A stretch of 44,391 bases of DNA from a virus: UHGV virus genome UHGV-0019040; one strand, 5' to 3'. Numbering within the stretch: position 1 is the stretch's first letter; each line of letters opens with the position of its first letter. The position numbers and the translations under genes were made by a program. Shown in pieces: positions 1-7,547 of this stretch. Below the pieces are notes generated by a model, which ran no database searches, had not been told where the DNA came from, and was given only the letters and a program-made list of their open reading frames with translations.

Positions 1-678
1 GAAGCAAAGATTGCGAGTAGCGCGGTGACAACAATGAAGATTGCGAGCGGTGCTGTTACAGAAGCAAAGATTGCAGATGGTGCTGTTACAGCAGCTAAGA
101 TTGCGAGTAGCACGGTGACAGCAGCTAAGATTGCGAGCGGTGCTGTTACAGAAGCAAAGATTGCAGACGGTGCTGTTACAGCAGCTAAGATTGCGAGCGG
201 CGCGGTGACAGCAGCTAAGATTGCGAGCGGTGCTGTTACAGAAGCAAAGATTGCGAGTAGCGCTGTTACAGAAGCAAAGATTGCGAGTAGCGCGGTGACA
301 GCAGCTAAGATTGCGAGCGGTGCTGTTACAGCAGCTAAGTGCAAGAACGGAAGTAACTTGTATATGCACTACTTACGTGTTAGCTCACCGAAAGTGATAG
401 CATATTTCTTATTACTTATAAAGGATAGTAAGTCAATTACTAGCTATGAAACACTGCTAAACACACTAAAAGCCTATCACTCTACTACGCCTATTGCATG
501 TAGTGGTAAGTATGGAACTACCAGTGATACGCCTAGTTATGGTTCGATTTACGCAATCTCAGCCGGGGCTACACATCTGTTTGTAGATGCTATTATTGGT
601 ACTGCATCTTATAGTTTACAATCTGTGAGTGAAGAAGCTACAGTCAAAGATAATGTAATCAAAGTCATACTTGATTAA
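1..678 (+). CDS. Tail fiber protein, C-terminal portion (5'-partial in window). The frame is continuous with 43645..44391 across the window junction if the contig is circular.
   Basis: Codon phase at position 1 matches the phase of the open frame that runs off the window end. About 10 tandem 10-aa repeats (consensus xAKIAsGAVT, 30-nt DNA period) continue the same repeat seen at 44300..44391. A non-repetitive C-terminal domain (about 120 aa) follows, likely a receptor-binding tip. Confidence 0.6.
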   Translation, partial: EAKIASSAVTTMKIASGAVTEAKIADGAVTAAKIASSTVTAAKIASGAVTEAKIADGAVTAAKIASGAVTAAKIASGAVTEAKIASSAVTEAKIASSAVTAAKIASGAVTAAKCKNGSNLYMHYLRVSSPKVIAYFLLLIKDSKSITSYETLLNTLKAYHSTTPIACSGKYGTTSDTPSYGSIYAISAGATHLFVDAIIGTASYSLQSVSEEATVKDNVIKVILD

Positions 679-784
679 GCTATAATAGGTTTTACAATAT
701 CTGTTATGGCTCCTGTACTATCTGCAAATGCAATTGTTCCTGTACTGCAGTACAGCTACATATATTATATAGGGGGAATGAACA

Positions 785-1216
785 ATGAACACTAAGTCAT
801 TGAACAACTACAAGGCCGTATTTGACGGCGGCGGTACACAGTATTGTGTCGCAGAGACAATCAAAGAGGCGGCTGAGCTCTTCACAGAGGACCAGCAGCA
901 GGAGCCGGTACTTATGCAGCGTACAGGGACAGGGGTCAAGGTAATCGTGCCTGAGCCTGAGCTGGCATTTGTCACAAAGGTAGGTGAGACGGAGCATACA
1001 GCGGGATGCAGGGCGTACCCTTCAGGCGGCAATGTCGTAAGGGGACAAAAGCTCTTCCTGTCCGCGGTGGCGGCCGACGGCTATGACTTTGTAGGCTGGT
1101 TCCAGGACGGAGGCGCCGAGGCCCTGTCCACAGAGCCTGAGGCCGAGATTGCTGTAAGCTCAGACAGCAAGGTCCCTGCCACAATCACCTACGAGGCGCG
1201 TTTCCAGCTTCAGTAG
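785..1216 (+). CDS. Listeria-Bacteroides (InlB B-repeat)-like Ig-fold domain protein; possible fiber-associated adhesin or host-range accessory protein
   Basis: The motif 'ADGYDFVGWFQDGG' (GY.F.GW) after a Gly-rich beta stretch is typical of InlB B-repeat / Flg_new domains. Strong RBS GGGGGAATGAACAATG. Markedly GC-rich relative to neighbouring genes. Confidence 0.4.
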   Translation: MNTKSLNNYKAVFDGGGTQYCVAETIKEAAELFTEDQQQEPVLMQRTGTGVKVIVPEPELAFVTKVGETEHTAGCRAYPSGGNVVRGQKLFLSAVAADGYDFVGWFQDGGAEALSTEPEAEIAVSSDSKVPATITYEARFQLQ

Positions 1217-1224
1217 GCTGCATG

Positions 1225-1247
1225 GCACGGGGTAATAACCCGTGCCG
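1225..1247 (+). terminator. GC-rich hairpin (GGCACGGGG-taataa-CCCGTGCC) between 785..1216 and the RBS of 1260; weak terminator or attenuator, with no clear U-tract
   Basis: Perfect 8-bp stem read directly; followed immediately by AAGGAGA and the ATG at 1260. Confidence 0.25.
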
Positions 1248-1259
1248 TAAGGAGATTTT

Positions 1260-1625
1260 ATGCTGAGGAACAAGGTTGAGAACAATGAGCTCGTGGAGCT
1301 TGCAAGGAATGTCGGGGCGATGAACCAGCAGCTGATAGGAATACAGAGTTCAATGGAGAAGCTTGACAAAAAGATAGATGAGCTCACTGAGCAGGGCAAA
1401 GATATTATTGCAGTTAAGCTGAAGCAGGACCAGCTTGAGGAAACACTTATTGATTTAAAGAATAAGAATATAGATATTGAGCTGCGTATAAGCACACTTG
1501 AGGGGGCTGAAGGAAAACGGGCCAAGGGCATAATGTCAAAGACCGGCAACTATCTCCTTGTTGCTGTACTCAGCGCCATTGTGGCAAATATACACAGCAT
1601 CATATCTGTGCTTGGAGGTAAGTAG
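1260..1625 (+). CDS. XhlA-like lysis-associated membrane protein (coiled coil plus C-terminal transmembrane helix)
   Basis: N-terminal heptad-rich region, single C-terminal hydrophobic helix (YLLVAVLSAIVANIHSIISVLGG). Sits just upstream of a holin, as xhlA does in PBSX-type lysis cassettes. RBS AAGGAGA. Confidence 0.35.
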   Translation: MLRNKVENNELVELARNVGAMNQQLIGIQSSMEKLDKKIDELTEQGKDIIAVKLKQDQLEETLIDLKNKNIDIELRISTLEGAEGKRAKGIMSKTGNYLLVAVLSAIVANIHSIISVLGGK

Positions 1626-1626
1626 A

Positions 1627-2415
1627 ATGTCATACTTTTACAATAAAACTGACAAGGCGATAACTGAGGCCTACTACGGCTGCCTTGTACCGGCGATGTC
1701 CTATGTGGACCTGCCTGACGAGCTGAGCTACTATGGTATATACCAGAATATCAAGGGAATACCAGGCGTGTTTGGTATTATAGAAGACATAGCATTTTCT
1801 AAAGTAATCCCGCGGAGCGAAAGGTATCTGTACAGGCACTACAGGAGCATATACCATAAGGACACAAACACAATCGAGTCTTGCATAGTGCCTTCTGTCC
1901 AGGAGGGCACGGAGATAATTGTAAAGGACAGCGGCGGAGGCAGCATCCTTACAACTGTAAAGGAAGGGCTTACAGCGACACTGAACAAGTGCGCCGCTAA
2001 CAAGAAGCCGTGCCTGTATGACGGACGGGAGCTGTACCCCGTGTTTATTGCCCCTGGCGGCATAAACGAGGACTTCGGCGATGAAGGGAATATACATGTG
2101 TCGCTCTTCTCACCGCCCCCAGGGACACTGCAGCTCCTTGTAACAGGTGATGAAACAATGAAGGGTGAGACTATTATAACCCTTCTATACGATACAGGCA
2201 AAAAGGCTACATATAGCTGTATAACGAATCTTAGCGACAGTACAGGAAAGGCTACACTTACGGCGCATGACTTCTCTATGAAGACAGACTCAGGTTTAGA
2301 CTACCTGTCAAGCTTCACAAAGGGCTCTACATGCCGGGTCTATAACAATTTCTTTGACGGCAAAAACTACACTGACTGGCCTGTACAGATTTCAAAAGAG
2401 TTTACATTCAAATAA
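1627..2415 (+). CDS. Hypothetical protein (late/lysis region). Start set at MSYFYNK, with GGAGG 8 nt upstream, rather than the track start at 1558.
   Basis: Long ORF; RBS cttGGAGGtaagtagaATG; no recognisable catalytic motif. Confidence 0.5.
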   Translation: MSYFYNKTDKAITEAYYGCLVPAMSYVDLPDELSYYGIYQNIKGIPGVFGIIEDIAFSKVIPRSERYLYRHYRSIYHKDTNTIESCIVPSVQEGTEIIVKDSGGGSILTTVKEGLTATLNKCAANKKPCLYDGRELYPVFIAPGGINEDFGDEGNIHVSLFSPPPGTLQLLVTGDETMKGETIITLLYDTGKKATYSCITNLSDSTGKATLTAHDFSMKTDSGLDYLSSFTKGSTCRVYNNFFDGKNYTDWPVQISKEFTFK

Positions 2416-2426
2416 AGGGGGAATGT

Positions 2427-2744
2427 ATGGAGATTTTCAGCGGCGTTATTGTATGCGCCATCTGTATTGTGGGTCTTACCCAGGTAATCAAGAACTTTAT
2501 TGACGACGGGGATATAACCACAAGGAACGAGAAGAAGGTAAAGGGATGGGTCTGGACTATTGTCCTGGCTGTAGTCTCGGTTATTGTAGTGTTCGCCTAT
2601 GAAGAGCTTCCGCCGGTTGTGATAATGGTACTGTTGTCGCTGTCCGCCGCGTCGCTGTTCTATGACACAGTGTACAAAGGGTTCCAGGCGATAATAAAGT
2701 CTGTGCTCAAGAAGAACGGGGGGAATGATGAATGCGGAGGCTGA
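2427..2744 (+). CDS. Holin
   Basis: 105 aa with three hydrophobic helices and a charged C-terminus (KKNGGNDECGG). RBS AAAGGGGGAATGTATG. Position after the tail fiber and XhlA-like gene. Confidence 0.55.
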   Translation: MEIFSGVIVCAICIVGLTQVIKNFIDDGDITTRNEKKVKGWVWTIVLAVVSVIVVFAYEELPPVVIMVLLSLSAASLFYDTVYKGFQAIIKSVLKKNGGNDECGG

Positions 2745-3055
2745 CAATTATATTAGCGGCATTATTGCCGCTCTGTGCGCTGCGTGCGTCTTTTTCGTCC
2801 GCAGAGCCTGCTGGAAAAACGCTGACAGGAAAAGAAACAGCAAGGCTGGAGCAGATAATCCAGGAGCTGGAGCAGATAAACAAGGAGCAAGAAGAGCTGC
2901 TAAGGAGCTCAGAGATGCGAATAAATCTGCTAGAAGAAACAATAAAAGAGCAGCAGAGCTCATTGCGGAGGCAAAAAGTATACTCTGTGATTAGCAACGC
3001 AGGGTTCGCCGGGCTCGGCTTCCTTGGCGGCTGTGTATACTGGGAGCTTAGATGA
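2732..3055 (+). CDS. Membrane-anchored coiled-coil protein (signal/anchor, coiled coil, C-terminal hydrophobic segment); lysis accessory?
   Basis: N-terminal hydrophobic signal-like segment (LTIILAALLPLCAL), heptad region, and C-terminal GFAGLGFLGGCVYW. Preferred over the overlapping alternative frame 2725..2994, which has low-complexity K/R/A composition. Confidence 0.4.
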   Translation: MRRLTIILAALLPLCALRASFSSAEPAGKTLTGKETARLEQIIQELEQINKEQEELLRSSEMRINLLEETIKEQQSSLRRQKVYSVISNAGFAGLGFLGGCVYWELR

Positions 3056-3459
3056 ACACATTTGAAAGGTATACAGGAATTCAGGATATACTTAAGGAGT
3101 GCGGCAGGTCTGGATGTAACTTCCTTTGTCTCCTCAGCATAGCTGAGGAGGTCAACGGCAAGCCTGTAGACCTGATTGACGCATACAAGAAAGCCAGGGC
3201 ATCCAACAGTATGGACAGCTCATTCTATGTGTACAACAACCCAAGGCTGCTGAGGGAGCTTACTGGCAGGAACTGGCTCCGCCGGGAGATGTCTAATATA
3301 GACGGAATACTCGGTAAGAATGAATATTCCATAGCCGTGTACTTCAACCCGCGTACAGGACGCCACCATTACAGAAGAAGGTCCTTTGATACCCTGTTTG
3401 ACAGTATCACAGTAAAGGAAGGATATATTGAAAAATACTATATCTATTCACATGACTAG
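3052..3459 (+). CDS. Hypothetical protein; weak resemblance to papain/C39-like cysteine peptidases (GCNFLCLL ... HHY). Candidate endolysin-type peptidase.
   Basis: ORF with start overlapping the stop of the upstream gene (ATGA). A Cys followed by hydrophobic residues, and downstream His residues. The only enzyme-like candidate in the lysis cassette. Confidence 0.4.
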   Translation: MNTFERYTGIQDILKECGRSGCNFLCLLSIAEEVNGKPVDLIDAYKKARASNSMDSSFYVYNNPRLLRELTGRNWLRREMSNIDGILGKNEYSIAVYFNPRTGRHHYRRRSFDTLFDSITVKEGYIEKYYIYSHD

Positions 3460-3471
3460 ATAGAAGTGTTC

Positions 3472-3519
3472 AGGGGCCGCATGGATTCTGTCTCCTTTCC
3501 ATGCGGCCCCTGTTTTTTA
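3472..3519 (+). terminator. Bidirectional rho-independent terminator at the convergence point of the two transcription units
   Basis: AGGGGCCGCATGG...CCATGCGGCCCCT stem (13 bp) followed by GTTTTTT. Located between the last plus-strand gene (ends 3459) and the last minus-strand gene (ends 3517). Confidence 0.55.
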
Positions 3520-3786
3520 CCTTGTGAACTTCTTAATATCTATCGGACTGCAGTTTGCACAGCGCTTCTGCCCGGCGGGGATAAAGTCCAGGGTCTCGGG
3601 ACACAGGAACCTTTTCCTCCTGCCGCAGAACATACAGCTGTCATCCGCCTCATAGAGGCTGCATGACCTACCGTGCATATCACTCTCTTTGTACCAGCAG
3701 GAGTCATTGGCGCTGTCATAGAAGCCACATACACTGTGACCCTTGCCTCCCCTGCAGCAGTCCTCACTGTAAGGCAGGTTAATCAT
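3517..3786 (-). CDS. Cys-rich small protein (multiple CxxC; zinc-ribbon-like)
   Basis: 89 aa with 12 Cys, including CANC, CMFCGRR and CGFYDSANDSC. Confidence 0.4.
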   Translation of the reverse strand: MINLPYSEDCCRGGKGHSVCGFYDSANDSCWYKESDMHGRSCSLYEADDSCMFCGRRKRFLCPETLDFIPAGQKRCANCSPIDIKKFTR

Positions 3787-4225
3787 TTATAACCGCCCCC
3801 ACTATACTCCCAGCCATATCTATGTCACCGGTAAGATGCGATACAAAGTCATTTATGCCGGCATACCACCTGAACGAGCACCAGTCCACAATATTATCTT
3901 TGTATATTGTTCCGAACAGTGCGAGCACCGCGAGCCTGTCCTCATATTGTATCAGAGTGTACACGGGCTTATTTATACGTTTGAAGTATTTATATGCCCA
4001 TGCCTGCTGCCCCGGCCTCCAGTGCACCTTGACAGGGTTCCCTTTCTTCGGCGCCGGGGCCTTCTCAAGCTTCAGCTCAAAGAACTCTTGTATATAGTGC
4101 TTGCCAACAAACAGGTCAGGCACGCCTACATTCATACCCTCTACCTCCAGCTTCTGTGTAAAGAACCCTTTCGCATCAAGGGCCTTGCACAGTGCTGTCC
4201 TGAACTCCGCCTCACTGTTAAACAT
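3779..4225 (-). CDS. VRR-NUC / PD-(D/E)XK family nuclease
   Basis: Motifs GVPDLFV ... EFFELK (D ... E.K) in the N-terminal 60 aa match the VRR-NUC core. Sits at the 3' end of the replication operon. Confidence 0.55.
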   Translation of the reverse strand: MFNSEAEFRTALCKALDAKGFFTQKLEVEGMNVGVPDLFVGKHYIQEFFELKLEKAPAPKKGNPVKVHWRPGQQAWAYKYFKRINKPVYTLIQYEDRLAVLALFGTIYKDNIVDWCSFRWYAGINDFVSHLTGDIDMAGSIVGAVIND

Positions 4226-6017
4226 TTATGCCTACCTCCTTGCACGCCGCAATATAGCCTTCCTCAGACACATCGCCCCAGCTTGTCCCTAGGTCAGGGT
4301 CAGTATACAAAGGTACATCAAGCTTTATTGCGTTGGCAAGTGTCCGCTGTATCTCTATATACGCCTCCATGCCCTCCCTTGTCTTTGGCACAGAAAGTCC
4401 CAGCTCATCATGTACTGTCACGTGGCATCTGCATATATCAAACAGACCTTTCTCATAACATAGCACCATGCCCATCTTCATAACATCCGCCGCCGTGCCT
4501 TGTATAAGGTAGTTCAGCATTGGATAAAGCTTATTCTGCTCCCTCATTTTGTCAGAAACCCGTGCCCTGCGTCCAAGTACCGTACGTACATATCCGCGGC
4601 GCGCCGCCACATTCTGTACAGCATACATTGTAGGCTTTACAAAGGACATATTTGAATAGTACTGGTCTGCTATTTCCTTACACTTTTCCATCGGTATACC
4701 GAACTTGCTTGACATTGTATTAAGACCCATTCCATAAAGGCATCCAAAGTTAAGGTTCTTGGCGTGCTTCCTGTCAAGGCCGGTCAAATCCATTACATAC
4801 TTATGATAGTCAGTCTTCGGGTCTGTGTTATAAGCCTTCCTGATTTCATCCGCACCGGGTCCAGTGGCGAAGTGTGACAATATACGGTACTCTACCTGCT
4901 TAAAGTCTGGCGCACCGTACCAGCATCCGTCATTAGGGATAAATATACTGCGTATATCATCCCCATACTTTTCCTTCTTCGCCGGAATCTGCTGCAGGTT
5001 AGGATAGCGGCATGCGAACCTTCCTGTAATAGTGCCGCCGTCGTCCTTCTTGGCAGGGTAGAAGTTACAATGTATACGTCCGTCAGGACATACAAAGTCT
5101 ACAAGCGAGCCGTCGACAAAGTTGTTCATGACAGTCTTTGTCTCCTTGATATGTATAATCTCATGGCCTACCTCACCGGACGCCAGGAGCGCGGCGTTAT
5201 TGAAAGAGGGGTTCCCCTTGCTTGTATATTCAACAGGTAGGGCGAGCTTATGCCACAGCTCCTCAAGGTCCCTGCTGCTGTTGAAGTTTACAACCATGCC
5301 GTACTTTTCTTCAAACCCGACCAGGAGCTCTCTGTACTTCTTGTGGAGCATATCAGATACTTCCTGGCGTTTCTTTGTATCTATCTTGAACCCTTCCTTA
5401 GACATATCAAGCACAACACGCAGCAGCCTGCACTCTACATCATTGACCTTTAACAAGTTCTCGGCTTCAAGACGTGGCTGCTGCTGTTCAAATATGTACG
5501 CAGGCTCCTCAAGGTCTCCGGACATGTACTCTGATATATCTGACGCGTTCATCTTCCATAGGTGCGCCTGCGGCGCCCCCTTCCATCCGTTCTGTTCACA
5601 GATACGCTTTATCTTGTCCTCACGTTTGCCTTTGCTGCCGTACTTCTTTGAGATGAAGTCCAGTGAATAGCTGGGGGCATACGCGTCAAGAAGGGCCTCA
5701 CGTGTTATTATATCCTCATAACGCCCGGCAATCTCAAAGTGGTACCGCCAGTTTATAAGCCAGCCTAGGTCATACAGGCCATTTACAAATACCTTGACGC
5801 AAGGATTCATAAACAGTTCACGAAGTATCTTTACATTCCTGTCATGCAGCTCCTCTGTACAGTCCGGATGCGTCAGGTTGAAGTATTTACACAGATGCAT
5901 AAAAGGCGCATTCACACCTACACCAAGTATATATCCGTCGTCCCTGAATACACCCGGACCCTTGTCAAGAAGGTTAGGGTCTTTTGTCTCAATATCAATA
6001 ACCATATAGTCAAACAT
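4218..6017 (-). CDS. polA: DNA polymerase I (family A) with N-terminal 3'-5' proofreading exonuclease domain
   Basis: Exo I motif VIDIET. Pol A motifs DYHKYVMDLTG..R..AK, NFGCLYGMG and YLIQGTAADVMK..M, and VHDEL (motif C). The ATG at 6017 is preceded by CAGGAGG and overlaps the upstream stop by 8 nt. The track ORF starts further upstream at a non-ATG codon. Confidence 0.9.
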   Translation of the reverse strand: MFDYMVIDIETKDPNLLDKGPGVFRDDGYILGVGVNAPFMHLCKYFNLTHPDCTEELHDRNVKILRELFMNPCVKVFVNGLYDLGWLINWRYHFEIAGRYEDIITREALLDAYAPSYSLDFISKKYGSKGKREDKIKRICEQNGWKGAPQAHLWKMNASDISEYMSGDLEEPAYIFEQQQPRLEAENLLKVNDVECRLLRVVLDMSKEGFKIDTKKRQEVSDMLHKKYRELLVGFEEKYGMVVNFNSSRDLEELWHKLALPVEYTSKGNPSFNNAALLASGEVGHEIIHIKETKTVMNNFVDGSLVDFVCPDGRIHCNFYPAKKDDGGTITGRFACRYPNLQQIPAKKEKYGDDIRSIFIPNDGCWYGAPDFKQVEYRILSHFATGPGADEIRKAYNTDPKTDYHKYVMDLTGLDRKHAKNLNFGCLYGMGLNTMSSKFGIPMEKCKEIADQYYSNMSFVKPTMYAVQNVAARRGYVRTVLGRRARVSDKMREQNKLYPMLNYLIQGTAADVMKMGMVLCYEKGLFDICRCHVTVHDELGLSVPKTREGMEAYIEIQRTLANAIKLDVPLYTDPDLGTSWGDVSEEGYIAACKEVGINV

Positions 6018-6342
6018 TCTTACCTCCTGTCCTGCACTCTTTTGAGCAGAATATCTGCCACTTCCTGTTAGTGCTGAATGTCCTGCCGCACTTAGGACAG
6101 ACCTTATTCTGGGATTTTTTACCACCGTAATGGTATTTGTAGCGGCAAGATGCGGAGCAGTACAACTGATTGTAGAGTGTAGTCTTAAACTCTTTTCCAC
6201 ATACCCTGCATTTAGCTGTACGCATTACACTCTTTTTTGTATAGTAAGGCAGCTTCCTGCATACAGGGCAGCGCTTCTCTGCTCCGTATACCCTTACAAA
6301 GGACTTACCACATACTGTGCATTCTGCCATGCTGTTTTTCAT
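6010..6342 (-). CDS. Zinc-ribbon protein with three zf-FCS/TRASH-like repeats (CxxCGKxF ... (Y/F)CSxxCR)
   Basis: Three tandem Cys4 repeats: CTVCGKSF..RCPVCR; CRVCGKEF..YCSASCR; CPKCGRTF..FCSKECR. Stop overlaps the polA start. Confidence 0.5.
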   Translation of the reverse strand: MKNSMAECTVCGKSFVRVYGAEKRCPVCRKLPYYTKKSVMRTAKCRVCGKEFKTTLYNQLYCSASCRYKYHYGGKKSQNKVCPKCGRTFSTNRKWQIFCSKECRTGGKNV

Positions 6343-6956
6343 ACTATACTCCCATCAAAATCAGACAGGAACTTGTTTGTAAGCTTGTTTACTTTTTCCT
6401 CAAACATGGCAGAAAAATCCGGACTGCTGTTTATCATAAGCTGCAGCATTACATCGACCTCCTCTGCCACAATGTCCCGTGTCTCCTGCTCACGGTCTGT
6501 CCTTGTACTGTCAGCTATGGCTGTTATAAGCTCCCCACATTCCCCTGCCTCTATTATCCGCTGCTTGTCTTTTCCGTTGAATACAGGAAGATACTTTACA
6601 ATATTAGGGTACAGAGTTATATCAAGCAAGAGTCCCGGGACAATCGGCTTGTGCTGCTCTCCAAATACAATTACATGCTTTACGCCATGCTCCGACATAT
6701 AGCGCTGGCAGTTCTCACATGGAAAAAGGTTCAAGTATACAGTGCAGCCCTCTACAATATTGAGGCACTGCTCCGCGTGTATTGGTGTACAAGTATGGTT
6801 GCATTTTTTATTGCAGCTGTATGTTGTTGAATTATGGCTTACACCAATAATCCTGTGGTCAAGAGCAGACACAGCTGCGACCTGTTTATCTTTACAAGTT
6901 GACAACATCTTAACTGCATTCAGTATGAAATATACTTTCAAATCAAACTTTGTCAT
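6339..6956 (-). CDS. dCMP deaminase (N-terminal) fused to a MazG-like nucleotide pyrophosphohydrolase domain (C-terminal)
   Basis: HAEQC ... PCENC zinc-binding deaminase motifs. The C-terminal EAGECGELITAI ... EEVDVMLQLM resembles the MazG EExxE/D core. Confidence 0.75.
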   Translation of the reverse strand: MTKFDLKVYFILNAVKMLSTCKDKQVAAVSALDHRIIGVSHNSTTYSCNKKCNHTCTPIHAEQCLNIVEGCTVYLNLFPCENCQRYMSEHGVKHVIVFGEQHKPIVPGLLLDITLYPNIVKYLPVFNGKDKQRIIEAGECGELITAIADSTRTDREQETRDIVAEEVDVMLQLMINSSPDFSAMFEEKVNKLTNKFLSDFDGSIV

Positions 6957-7456
6957 TTTAACTCTCCACTAAGTATAAAAGAAAGGTCACATGCAAGGTG
7001 CCATGTATGTGGCAGGCCTGACTCCTCATCTACAGAATCAATATTGTTCCTGGCCTTCTCAGCATGCCTCAGGCACGCCTCCCAGTAATCCTGACGGCTC
7101 ATCATTTTCCAGCCATCCGGCGAGCCATATTTCTTGTTACCATATTCCCGTACCCGGGCTATGCACTCATTTATACCACGAGGTACAAGGGATAATGCAA
7201 GTTTGCCTTTTGTCTCCTTCGGTTTGCCTTTGACAGATACAATATTGTTTTTTAATATGTATCTTCCTATCCCAAGAATACTGTCAAGCCTGCCGCATAC
7301 TTCACATGGCACAGCCTTGATGCTGTCTACATATATATAGAATACATCATGCTCTAAGCTATACGTAATCTCAGCGTCAAAACCTGCAAGTCCCTTGTCA
7401 AGCATAACAGCGGTGCCCGCGTCAATATGCCCTTTGCAGCTGTCATTAATAATCAT
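6953..7456 (-). CDS. Hypothetical protein; the C-terminal half resembles phage dNTP pyrophosphohydrolase-like helical domains (KYG..DGW ... LRHAEKA ... W)
   Basis: ORF with RBS AAGGAGCTTAAAAATG. The C-terminal pattern YGNKKYGSPDGWK ... CLRHAEKARNNID ... HTWHLACDL; low-confidence domain call. Confidence 0.35.
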   Translation of the reverse strand: MIINDSCKGHIDAGTAVMLDKGLAGFDAEITYSLEHDVFYIYVDSIKAVPCEVCGRLDSILGIGRYILKNNIVSVKGKPKETKGKLALSLVPRGINECIARVREYGNKKYGSPDGWKMMSRQDYWEACLRHAEKARNNIDSVDEESGLPHTWHLACDLSFILSGELK

Positions 7457-7547
7457 TTTTAAGCTCCTTAAATATGCGTTCTTAAAGACCTTTTAATAAT
7501 CCCTAAGCATATTTCACTCCTGAAAAGTTTATTATATTTTGAATATT

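Noticed and set aside
2725-2994. Alternative frame ORF 2725..2994 overlapping 2732..3055
   Set aside because: Its K/R/A-rich low-complexity product looks like an out-of-frame reading of the coiled-coil gene. The 2732..3055 frame gives a protein-like signal-anchor plus coiled-coil architecture.
4892-5670. Antisense ORFs inside polA (4892..5095, 5122..5670, 5250..5453, 5474..5656, 5794..6071)
   Set aside because: They are wholly contained in a strongly supported polymerase gene on the other strand and lack RBS. Their S/L/R-rich composition is typical of antisense frames.
4218-7456. Z-genome (2-aminoadenine) or other modified-base pathway, suggested by PolA + MazG + HD co-occurrence
   Set aside because: No PurZ / adenylosuccinate-synthetase-like gene and no other base-modifying enzyme could be found. 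The gene set is explained by ordinary dTTP supply (dCMP deaminase plus ThyX). Kept only as a low-interest check.
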